A stretch of DNA of 64,000 nt from Thalia democratica (GCA_965202585.1 OZ241827.1:77810001-77874000), one strand, 5' to 3'. Shown: positions 15,001-26,215, counted from the first letter of the stretch. Notes: generated from the sequence alone by a model not told the origin. Program-made: numbers and translations.

Positions 15001-16640
15001 AGATGACCCACTTATGAGCGACACTTCTCTCAACATACGTGTCATTGACGTCAATGACAACAAACCTACTTTTAACAACATCAATTTTCCTGTGAGTATA
15101 AACTGTTTGAATAAAAAGGTTTAAATAAAAAGCTAATGTTTTTTGTCTTTCAAATTAAAGATATTCGAAAGTCAACTATTATTTATTATTTTGTAAAAAG
15201 TTCAAATCTGGTCATAGTTCGTGCTTAAATCGTAATTTAGATTCAGTTTTCAAACAAGTTGTTATTTTCAGATATTCGTCAATGAAGATATCATTGATGA
15301 CGTCATAGCAACGATAACCGCTTTCGACAAGGACCAAGGCGCAGGGGGCGAGGTCAAGTACTCGTTGCTAAGCAACGAAGCGGACCAGCTGCCGTTTCAA
15401 TTGGATGAGGACAGCGGTCGGCTGTCAGTGGTCGAACCGGGTCTGGACTTTGAAGCCCGCCGTTCGTATGCCTTTGAAGTAGTTGCCAGGGACAACGGAA
15501 CTCCTTCCCTAGCAACGAGCGTCGACGTCGCTGTCAAAGTGAGAGACGTCAACGACTGTCGACCGCGGGTGGCGCTCAAGAGTTTGCATGACAACGTTGC
15601 GTTGCGTTGTCAAAGTGACGTCACGACAAAGTGCACTGCGAGCGTGTCGGAAGCAGAATGGAGAAACGTTTTTTCGGAGGAGGGCATAGTAACGGTGGGG
15701 GCGACGGATAATGACGTTGCCAAGGGAAACGCGGCCCCTTTTAAATTTAATCTCGACTCACAAATAGCAGGTTAAATAACTTGTTTGTTGTGTGTATACA
15801 TTTTTTTAGCTCAAACTTACTTATATAAGCATTTTAAAAAGCCCATTTCAACTTATTAGTTAATGTACGGTATATCTTTTTATACATGAAACATAATTTT
15901 ATTTTTTTTTATGAAGAAAAAATTAAAATAAAGTCATAGCTTAAACCAAACACTTTTCTTTTAACAGGTGAATTTGTTTTTAATAACAAAAATGTGCTGA
16001 TATCAAACAACCCGTACGAAATAGAAGACATTTCATCAGATAAAGCGGCTAAAACGTTCCATTTCACCATAACTGCTACTGACAGTGGAAATCTCGAATC
16101 TTTGCCTCTTTATTTAGAAGTTGTCATTTTGAAAGAAAGCAAGTATCCACCGGTTTTGATCTCTCAAAAGATTCAAATTATGACTACTGAAGGTTTGTTC
16201 AAATATAAACTAATTTCGAGTATTATAAAAGGATTTTATTATAACAACCAACATGTATACACGAAAAGATATATTAATAATTACCCAAACTTAGCTACCT
16301 TTTATACAACGGTCTTTATTTTACTGAATTGAATATTAATTATTCGTCTTAAACTAGTTTTTATTTTTACTGTTCTGTTTCAGATTACTTCAAAGGAGGA
16401 GTGATATCTTCAAAGCTGTACGCCACCGACAAGGACCCCCACGACTTGCAGCGGCTCACCTTCAAGATCGACTCGCTCGCCGACTTCGAGTCGTTTACGG
16501 TGAACCCCCTCACCGGCAAGCTGTCGGCGACCAATGGCGTGCGAGGTCGCCACAACGTCACGGTTGGCGTCAGCGATGGCAGCAGGTACTCGACGGGCCG
16601 GGTCGCCATCGAAGTGGTGAAAATTTCAAAGGAGTCGATT
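24..16640 (+). CDS. Cadherin-repeat ectodomain exons of copy A (about 22 repeats, exons 1-38)
   Basis: Repeat-end motifs include DKNDNQP (about 2670), DVNDNRP (6225), DVNDNAP (7648), DENDNPP (8538), DVNDNPP (9146), DVNNNKP (10504), DINDNPP (12155), DVNDNWP (13783), DVNDNAP (14478) and DVNDNKP (15047). YKLVGAADRNSLDKF and ITWVERP resemble the FAT1 EC12-14 region as I recall it. Confidence 0.9.
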
Positions 16641-19600
16641 CAGAGTTCGGTCCAGGTCACTTTCGAGGGGATTTCCCCAGAAGCGTACCTTTCGACGGTT
16701 CACGGCAAATTTTTAGCGGCCCTCGGTGACATTCTTCCAAGGGGTTCGAACCCCAGTGAAAATGTGGAAATTTTATCCTTGAAACGCTTGAATGATTTCA
16801 ATGCGCAGCTGGTGTTCAGCGTGAGGTCGCCGAAGCGTGACGGCCAGTACCTGAAAGTCGGCCGCCAGCTGAAGGACTCGCTGCCGCTGCTCACCGAGAA
16901 GGCGGGGGTGAGGGTTACGGACGTCAGGGGGGAGGAGTGCGACCTCGAGTGCGCCCACGAGTGCCGGCACGACGTAGTTGTGACGTCATCAGGGGAAAGT
17001 CCCGTCACCACGAAAAAGTGGAGCTTGCTGACCCCTCATTGGTTCGAACGCGAGCAGAAGTGCGTGTGCCGGAAAGGTCATGCGGGTGTGAATTGCGCTT
17101 CCGTTTGCGCTGGAGTAACGGACGTGTGCGAGGAAGTTGGCGGAAAGTGCGAGCTGGACGCGAACGAGGTGCGAGGCTACCGGTGCGCGCAGAAGAACCG
17201 AAGGAACAGCGCGGTTTCTTTCGGGGGAAATTCCCTGATCGAGTACAAGCTGAACAACCCTGAAGTGTTCAGTTTGTCGCTGAGGTTCAGAACCCGGCAG
17301 CGCGACGCAAAACTGCTGGAGGCCGCGGAAGAGTCGGGAGGCAACTTGGCGCGCGTCAGCGTCGACGAAGGGAAACTGAAGCTGGAGTTCGCGTGCGGGT
17401 TGGACGGCGGAAACATGCAAACCATGGAAATGAGCGAGTCGGAAATGAGCGACGGAAACTGGCATGACGTCACAATCGAACCCATTTCCGACAAAGATTG
17501 CGCTTATAGGTATGAAGTTTTTATTAATATTTACCATTAAAATTTTTATCAAGATTTTAATTGTAAGTTCGTAAAAAACTTATGCTTGTTACTAGTAAGA
17601 TATACTAAGTGATAGTTTTCTGGCTTAGAGTTTTATATTAGCTGCTTACTCTTATTATAACAACTTTTATTAATGCTAAAACATAACTACAAAAGATTGC
17701 GCTTAGATGTATTTAGCTTTAGTTTTCTTTAATAGTTATTTAGTTCTTTATCAGTTAGTTTTATATGCTTTTCTTTGCTAACTGTTAAAAAGCATGCAAT
17801 GGATCTAATTTTACCAATCAAGTTACGACATGTTGTTGTAAATAAACATTTGCATGTACTATATATTGCTATATATTAACTATAACTAATTTTGATTATT
17901 CTAAATAAATTTTTACAGGTTGGTAGTAGACAGTAAATACGAGGCTACAGGAGCATTGGGTGAGAACAAAAAAAGAAAGTTGAAATTTGACAAACTTACA
18001 CTGGGAGGATTAGATAAAAATAATGATGGTATGATTGGATGCATTGAAGAAATTAAAATTAACCAAATTTTAATTCAAGATCTTCTTCATTACAATAAAT
18101 TGAGAATTACTAAGAAACAAGAAGTTCTTGATAGGTTAGTTTCTGTTTCTATACTCTTTATACGTTAGAAGAATATATGGTTATGCTAAATAAAAACTAT
18201 ACAAAATTCCTAATATGTTTTAAAAAAAAGTATAAATCTAACTATTTTGATGCAACATAGACATTTAGTTTTAATAAGATGAATTTCATTGAAGTATCAA
18301 TAAACAATATGTTAAAATCTACCTAATTTTTCAGATGTAGCATGGATATTGGGTCTTGCGTGAATCATTTTTGTTACAATGGCGGTAAATGCGGACTAGA
18401 CATGTCTTTGGAGGGAAATTCCCCAATATGCAAGTGTAGTTCGGGTTATGCAGGGCCTGATTGTCGCAAAACGAAGGTTTGTGAAGACTTGCCGTGTAAA
18501 AATAAAGGAATTTGCCATTCACAAGCTGTTGAAAGTTTTAGGTTGGTGAAATTTAAAATAGTTTTAGTTATTTCCTCAAGTATTCAATACTTTTATTAAT
18601 AAAAAAAAGCTTAATCTTTCTCCTGGAACTTTAAAGTTAGTAACTAACTGTTTTTCAGTTACATTTTACTAGTACAAAATATGTTTAGTAATTTATGTCA
18701 AAATAAAAAGATGGGTGAGCATACTTTTTACAAATATGAACTAAATGTTTTTATGAACTAGTTCTTTGCTCACTTTTAGCAATTAGTAGTACTTTACTAA
18801 TAGGATATAAAAACCATTAGTTTTATCATTATCACAGATGCGAATGTAAAGAAGGTTTTGGAGGAGAATTTTGTGACGTCATATGCAAGGAGGGGTTCAC
18901 CGGAGTGAATTGTGACGTCATAATAAATAAATGTTTCAGTTACGATGAAAATTTTGCTTGCAACTGCTCTTTATCAAATGAAGGTAAGCTTTTTTACTAT
19001 GGATATTTGCTTTGGATGTAGGAATATGTAACTACAAGCAACAAACTAATTTTGACTGCAAACATATTCTAAAATTTTTAATATGTAAAAAATTTGCTGC
19101 GAATAAACGTAAAATTTGAAGTTTTCATGAGAATTGCTTTAAACACTTTTTTTTCATAATATGTAAAGTTTATTCAAATAAAACATTATGTTATCTTTTT
19201 AAGACGTTATTTACTAATATTAAACATATATGCTTTTAAAAGCTTAAGACTTTAAAATTCAACAGCAGTATTATAATCAACTACCATAGTATAATTTGTT
19301 TAATATGGATTCTTAAAGACGACTTTATCACTTGTTTATTAAAACTAATCCTAATGTTTAAATAGGGATGTATTTTTGTCACGCAATATTTCTTTTTTTT
19401 TTATGTCACGCAAAAACTTATTAAATCTACTATTTATTGAAAAGTAATAATAAGAACGTAATAAAATACTATTTATTAACTGTATGTCTAAAAAAAGTAT
19501 AAAAAAGTAGCATAAAAAGTAGGTAGTTGAACTTGAAAAATTTACTAAAAAAAAGTTTAAACAATTGTAATTGTTTAAAATAGCTTATAAGTTCCAAGTT

Positions 19601-22600
19601 TAAAAATTTTAGCTAAAAATTCAAATCAACAAAATAATAATGATGCTAACAGGTTGCAAAACTATCCTAGAAAATCAGACCAACGCGAAGAAATCATCAT
19701 TTCCTTATTTAATCCTCATAATTGTCATTTTAATTGTCATAATCGTTGCCACCATAGCAACTGCAGTCGGCTGCTACGTAAGAAGGAGGCGAGGAAAAAA
19801 GATGCGAACCGGAAGTACTATTTCCACTAAAGAAAAGTTTTATTTGACACAACTGAAACACAGAGAAGGTTTGAATGGCTTACATTAATTAATTTTCAAG
19901 TTTAATTTTATATAAGTCTTTGAAGTTTAATTCATTAAAAGCAAAAATTTTAACGATCTATAAAATGATTTATTTCATAGATCACTCGTCAGATGGAAAC
20001 CAGTCGATTCCAAAGCCACCGATTCCTGCAAGACCGGTTGATTATCAGAGATGTTCAAGAGAAATTATTGACAGCATGGTTGAACAAGTAAATATAATTA
20101 TTGTTATATATTCAGTTCTTAGTTTACAGTTTGCATACTTCTAATTACTACAATTTAACTATTTAATTATCTGCTTTTAAAAAATTTTCAGTTGAAAACC
20201 AAAAATGAAATCAACAATTTATCATTAAAAAAATTAATTACATGTTTTAAAATAATTTTTAAGGAGCTAAAGAACAGGAAACAGTCAAATGACGTATTCG
20301 ACAAAAGTATGACGTCATTCCAGGACAATGAAAAATTGACGTCATACCAGGATAATGGAAAGCTGACGTCATTGGCTTCCGATTCAACTTCGTTTCAGAA
20401 AATTCCCATGTCTTGGACTGACTATGAGCACAATCATGTAAGTAATATAATTGTTAACACCAAAAATATTAGCTCAATTTGAAGTTGTTATTTCTGTTAA
20501 TTAATTATTATAGTTCACACCTGTAAACTGACACAATGGTTATTATATTATTTTAACTATAATTAAAAAAAAATACAATCTTTATATTTATAAGTATGAC
20601 TAAATAAAATTTTAAGTTATTGTAAGCTTTCACTGACTGTTCATTAAAACTATAATTTATTTTTTTAAGTAGATATTTAATTTCGTTTAAACAAAATGCT
20701 TCAACTAATTTTTAAACCATCACAGTTCAGCGGAAGTATATCTGGTTGTTCGTCTTACAGCAAAAGAACTCCGATCCCGTCTGCGAAATCACCGAAACTG
20801 TTCACCAGGATTCCCAGATTCCAGCAGCAGTCAGTTCACAAAGTAGCAAGCAAGCAGTCCATCGCAGAACAGCGTAAGTTTTATAACAGTAGTCGAGTAG
20901 TAGTCAGGCGTAGATTGATTCTTTATTAACTTTTTCAGTGGACTTTCTTGTTTTATATATTATTTTAATACACTTTTCTCTGTATTTTTAGCAGTGTTTT
21001 AGACTCTAATAATAATATGATTTTTTCGGAAAACATTTAAAAAAATCCAATAGTTTTTTTTAAAGCTTTTTTTTATTTGAAAAACATGTTAGTTCTCACT
21101 TTTTTAAATTCTTATAATGTAAAATTATCTTTAAGACTTGATCCCTTATCATGTATAATTGTTAATAAATTAATTCAATCACAGTTCTAAAATATTAACA
21201 GTATGTTAGCTAGACGTAGATATACACTGATTTTGTTTTAATTTTTCAGTAAACCTTTATAATTTTTAGATTTTCAAATTTTTAACATTTATTTTACTTT
21301 ATTGTATCTTTTGAAGAAATTTTTGATTCGTAACGTATTTTTATTACAAGATATACTTACAAGTTTAAAAATATTTAATATCTAATTTCAGTTCTAAACA
21401 AAGTTAAAGAAATATTAATTTTTGATTAGAACATCTTTAAAATGTAAATTTTGTAACTTTGTTTTTTTTTTCTCACTGTTTTCTCAACTAAAATTTGTTT
21501 AACCACAGTTTTGTAATTCTTAACAGTTGGAAGAAAACCAAAAAAATTGAATTTAGCAGAATTCAACCGTAATACAGGTCTATAAATAAAAAGCTTGGTT
21601 ATGGTGATTTTTGTACAAACTTAGTATGTACTTAAAAACGTGGTGTTAATCATTATGATAAAATAACTTCAACTGCCTTTTCTGAAATTATCTGAATTTT
21701 GAAAGTTACTTGTTTATGTTAATTTTTAAAATCTTTAACATGAAAGACTTGTTAAAATTACATAAAACATTGAAAAATAATTTTAATTTCATATAGTTAG
21801 GTATATCCAGTTATAAGCTTTTGCTTTATGTTTCAAAATTTAAGTATAAGTATGTCAACTATTATTATCTATCCTGTTATACTTAGTGGTTTTACATCTG
21901 TTGTACTGTTGTTTGTTTCTAAGTTTCATTTTAAAACTTTTATCTAAATGAAAAATTTCTAAGTTTACCATGGTTATTAAAAAAAAATGTGTTAATTTAT
22001 CTGGCTTCAAAAATTTTAGTTTTTATTCTAAACGTATTTTTTTAAACTCAAATGATAACACTTATTTTAACTGCCTTTTATTTTTAGCATGTAAATTATT
22101 AAGTTGTGATGAATTTCATTTTTCGTTCAAAACAAAAGTTATTAATGGTTTTATTAAGTTGTTATTTTGTAATTCGAAATATAACTTGTTACTTTTGTTA
22201 CGAAATCTCAAAGCATCTTGATAAATCTCATAGCATGTGGTTTTTGCATGTGTATTATCATGTAACTTGCATTTATTTCAGTATGTTATATCAGGTTTTT
22301 CTAAACATGTTTATCTTTTTTACAAGAAGTTGTTTTATTAATTGCATATTTTGAAAAGAAAATTAGTTATCTCAATAATTATTAAAAAGATTCTTAAGAA
22401 CCCATTAACTTTTTAAACTCAATGATAAAATGTTAACTTTTTATGTTTAACTTAAAAAGAAACTTAAAAAAAGTTGTAAAAGTTTCTAAAACTCAATTAT
22501 AAAATTTGACGAATCCTTTTTAATACTTAAATAATCTTATTCACCAGATTACGCATGGGACGTTTCTGATTGGATTAAAAACAACTCGTCGGCGGCCAAT

Positions 22601-23483
22601 CACGTTCCTGAACATGTGACGTCAGTACCAGTGAGGCTGAACAACAGATCCGACGGTGTTACGTCATCAAACAATCGCGTGACGTCACATTACAATTTGG
22701 CTGGGAGAAAACCGAAAAGGAAGGGGAGAAAATGCAGCGACGCTTCCACAACAGATTCAAAACTGGTTTGTATAAATTTATAAACTTAAAAAGTTATATA
22801 AGTCTAAACATATATATCTAGACATAAAATAGACAATTAAATTGGAAAAAAAATTAACATTTGAAGCTTTTATATTATAAGTATATAAATATTTACGTAA
22901 GTTACAAGTCAAGATCATTAAATGACAAAGTAATTATTTATTAGTTTTGATTCGAGTATTTATATTTTCAAACCAGATACGTCATCCGCAAGACGACGAA
23001 AGCTCCCAGTATGACGTCAGTAGCGAGGTTACGACGGCTGCCAGGCAACCCGGGCGCTTATTACGTAGCAACTATGACGTCACCAACCCCCGATTCGAAC
23101 CTTCGAACCTCCTGCCATCCGTTTCCATGGAGCACGAGCGTTTCTCATTGGACGAAAAAATCTCTGAGGCCTCGGAGGATTTCTATGGCGACACGGACGA
23201 GTACGAAATTTCCGCTCCGATGCCCACCGACATTATGACGTCACTTTTGGAGGGCGAGATGGAGGTGGACATGCCGACTCCGGCGAGGGCGCGCAAAAAC
23301 AAGTTTCACCCCGACCAGTACCTGCCCGCCGTCGTCACCATGGCAACCAGTTCCTCGTCGTCGGTCGACGGTGACGTCACTGTCCAGTTGCTTGGCAACC
23401 AGCTGCAGATGTCGTCGCTTTCCGACTTGGAAGAAGATGACGTCAACAATTCGTTGATGTTACGTCATAATGACAACGCTTGA
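24..23483 (+). CDS. FAT1: Fat-type atypical giant cadherin (FAT1/2/3-kugelei group), copy A; 47 exons in window, 5' end outside window, two apparent 1-bp frameshifts (about 3386 and 9827)
   Basis: Manual splicing with GT-AG introns gives phase-compatible exons encoding many cadherin repeats (DxNDNxP, LDRE/LDYE, DxDxG), then a Cys-rich region, LamG, EGFs, TM and tail. The tail has KPPIPARPVDY, YAWDVSDW and FHPDQYLP, which I recall as close to FAT1/3 PPQVPVRPISY, YHWDTSDW and NQYLP. The symbol denotes the FAT1/2/3 group, not proven 1:1 orthology. Confidence 0.9.
16384..17509 (+). CDS. Large GC-rich exon 38: last cadherin repeat, membrane-proximal Cys-rich/EGF-like region and first half of the laminin G domain
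   Basis: tttcag acceptor at 16383, AG|gtatga donor at 17509, 1126 nt open. Contains CVCRKGHAGVNC and SFGGNSLIEY...LSLRFRTRQRDAKLL...SDGNWHDVTI (LamG pattern). Matches ORF 16401..17540. Confidence 0.9.
17919..18134 (+). CDS. Exon 39: C-terminal half of the laminin G domain
   Basis: LVVDSKY...LTLGG...GMIGCIEEIKIN is the typical LamG C-terminal pattern. Phase 2-2 boundaries are compatible with both neighbours. Confidence 0.85.
18335..18983 (+). CDS. EGF-like exons 40 (18335-18541) and 41 (18838-18983)
   Basis: CVNHFCYNGGKC...CKCSSGYAGPDC, CEDLPCKNKGIC...CECKEGFGGEFC; GT-AG boundaries in compatible phases. Confidence 0.9.
18845..18922 (+). repeat. 39-bp coding tandem duplication (CKEGFGGEFCDVI / CKEGFTGVNCDVI)
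   Basis: Two adjacent 39-nt units, each ending in tgtgacgtcata. Confidence 0.85.
19653..19868 (+). CDS. Exon 42: transmembrane helix and basic stop-transfer
   Basis: FPYLILIIVILIVIIVATIATAVGCYV followed by RRRRGKK; aacag acceptor and G|gtttga donor. Confidence 0.92.
19981..23483 (+). CDS. Cytoplasmic-tail exons 43-47 (19981-20087, 20264-20437, 20726-20873, 22548-22765, 22977-23483)
   Basis: All five exons splice in frame to the TGA at 23481-23483. They contain KPPIPARP, YAWDVSDW and FHPDQYLP. Confidence 0.85.
20309..20389 (+). repeat. 27-bp coding tandem repeat, 3 units (MTSFQDNEK / LTSYQDNGK / LTSLASDST)
   Basis: TGACGTCA recurs at 20310, 20337 and 20364, exactly 27 nt apart. Units 1 and 2 are near-identical. 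Confidence 0.8.
21527..21577 (+). CDS. Candidate 51-nt phase 1-1 cassette exon in the cytoplasmic tail (L-GRKPKKLNLAEFNRNT-D)
   Basis: ttcttaacag acceptor and CAG|gtctat donor; 17 codons with no stop, frame-preserving between exons 45 and 46. There is no transcript evidence and the intronic part of the donor is weak. Confidence 0.5.
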
Positions 23484-23555
23484 AAAACTTTACTTTTGAG
23501 AAACATTCCCTCTTTTCTCGTTTTCAGTGTCGAAGTATTTTTTGCTGCTGCTTGA

Positions 23556-23565
23556 AATAAATAAA
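23556..23565 (+). terminator. Overlapping AATAAA polyadenylation signals of copy A (candidate)
   Basis: aataaataaa about 75 nt after the stop codon. AATAAA is common in this AT-rich DNA, so the site actually used is uncertain. Confidence 0.45.
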
Positions 23566-26215
23566 AGTTTTAATGAAAGCAGCTTGACGGAAAGCCTTTT
23601 AATTTTTGCTGTTATTTGAGGCTTCATTTTTTAATTACTTTAAATATAAAGCTTACATTTTGACATACAAAAGATTTACCTTTTCTAAATAATTTTTCAG
23701 TTACCTTTTATAAATAAAATAGCGTTTTTGTTACTAAGTACTTTTTTCTGTTGTTCAGTTTTTTAAATCAGTTTTTTACAGTAAAGTTACTAAGGTACTC
23801 TCTAGTTTTTTCATCATCCTGTTAATTCAAATAAAAGTGCCGGGAAAAAAATTTCAAATATTCAAGAAGTTTGAATATGTGGGTATTTGTTAATCGAACA
23901 TGAGTTTATGTTATATGTGTATTGTGACTGTTTCAAAATTGTGATGTTAAACAAATAAACACAAATCATCTAAATAGTTTTTTATTTATACTGTAAGTCT
24001 TTTGATTTTTTTTAGTTGTTTATATGTTTAACATTTGATAACGAATATTAAGATACCTAACTGGTTTAAGCTTATAGGCATATTTGAAAACTGCATGATT
24101 TAGGTTGAACATTATTATAATTTTATTTCAGTGTTAAATTTATATAAAACAACTATTAAATAAATTGTTTTAATTTACTCTCAATAAATTAAGCTATTTT
24201 ATACTCTTGTTTCAATTTAAATTGAAGTTTAAACCACTTTATGTTGCAAGTTTTCTTTTGAAAGTAATAACTGAACATAAACTTCTAAAATCTGTTCAAA
24301 CTCATTAATATTAAGTCGCTAGAAGACTATAATGAAAAGAAGAATGACTTTTGTTTTTTTAATTTAAAGCACGTTTTGAGACTAAAAAGATTTATTTCAA
24401 GTTTTCTTAACCCTTAATTCAAACACTATTGGCTAACTTTTCAGTTATACTTGGTCGATTTTGAAAGGAATTTATACTGTCAAATTATGTAGTGAGAAAT
24501 AAAACATCGATATTCTTTCGGTTTGCACTTAAACTAGTTTGACCTTTTGGTTAGTTCGTTTGTTATGCTGTAAAGTTGAACCCCTTTTGATCTTAAATAA
24601 AACCTGTCAAGTTATACTTTGATTACTAAAAATAATTTTCGAACTGCAAAATAAATTACTTGAATATTGAAACTAGTAACATCTAGTAATAAAGTGTTTA
24701 AAATCAAGATTTTAAAACAAACTAAAACTTTTATTTGGCTTTGGTATACGTGTAACACAGTTATAATCGTTTTATTTCTGTAAAAAGTTCTTTATATTGA
24801 TTGTCAAGAAATAAAAACCAAAATAACCTTTTTGTTACCTGAAAAAAAAACATCTAAACACCAACTTAATCACATTATTAATTTTTAAATACGTTGATTA
24901 GAAAGTTAGGTTCCATACGCAATTATAACGTTCTAAAGTCTTCTTGGAAGAATTTATTTATAAAAATATCAAGGACTTCGATGGTTTGTCACAAGAAACG
25001 AATATAAACATGTATAAAGAATCGAAATGGTTAGTTTATTTTTGTTACAGTTTGAAATGTATATAGGAAAAAACTAAATAAACATTAAATTTCTACTTTT
25101 TTGTTAAACCCAATTAATTTTTTAAATGGTTGTTAATAATAAAAATTTGTGTTTCATGATATGCTAAATATTACATTTTTTAATTTTTAGTACTATAATT
25201 TATTGATTAAGTTTTTTTATTGCTATTTTGTAATTAAAGTTTATTAAACTTTTTATTCACTCTTTTTTTTTAAATTTTACCTGAAATGTTTTCGTAGTTT
25301 GAACTTTTATTTAACTTTGCATTCAACGTTTTGATTATTATAGTTATTTTTTTTCCCAGAACCAAAATTTCTAAAACTTAACTATAAACAAAATTAAACT
25401 TTACAATCATGACGTAGAACTTAACATGCTTAAAAACTTCTAAAAGTTTGTGGTTTCATTTTTACTTAGTAAATAGACATTTGAACTTGAATAAAGTTTT
25501 GTAGGAGTGTACTTTGTACAATTATCAAATAGTTAAAAAAATGAAAATAAAATTAAGTCAACTTAGTATGTAGATAATTTTAAAGACTTTGAATTTATAG
25601 TAAATAAGAGATAATTTGCAATTATTTAGCAAACAACTTATTTTTCAACAAGTTTAATTTTTAATAAAAATTTAGTAAACATTTTAAACGCTAAAATTAA
25701 CATTTGTTTTTTTTTTGATACTACGCTTAAAATGTAAACTTTTAAAACAGAATGAAATTCTACCCATTCAATTGAAGGCTTATGAAAAATGCGAGAGAAT
25801 TTATTTGAGAGAAATTAAAAAAAATAAACGAAATGAAGCATAACATACTCTGCCGGGAGTTTTATGGTTGTAAACTACAAAGAACAAAATATGTTTCAGT
25901 GTTCACGGTATCTTAAATTAAACATTAATCATTACAAAGTAAACGTTCGAAGTTTGGTTTAATCGACTTAAATATAAAACGTCTCGTTCTTTATAAAAAA
26001 AATATGTTTCTATTTTACAAGTTAAAATTTTTTTTTTTCTCAACATCATAAATTAACAAAACATTGTTTTATAAATAAACATTTTAGACTTTCTCAAAAT
26101 AAGCATGTTACGCCATAAGGCTTAAAACTTCCAACAATCTCCTAAACCTTTTACTAGCACTTTAATATAGTTTTTTAAACAAATGCATTTTTCATCAAAG
26201 ATCTAAACAAAGCAG

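Noticed and set aside
15397-17552. Minus-strand and off-frame ORFs over the GC-rich exons (15397..15594, 16385..16609, 16700..17011, 16773..16970, 16937..17263, 16989..17552, 17177..17494, and the copies at 53556-55018)
   Set aside because: Shadow ORFs: GC-rich coding DNA is stop-poor in all frames. They have no recognisable domain and end where the Fat exons end.
20975-21045. Possible alternative terminal exon (HSNNNMIFSENI*) after a pyrimidine tract
   Set aside because: There are several competing AGs, the peptide is low-complexity and nothing independent supports it.
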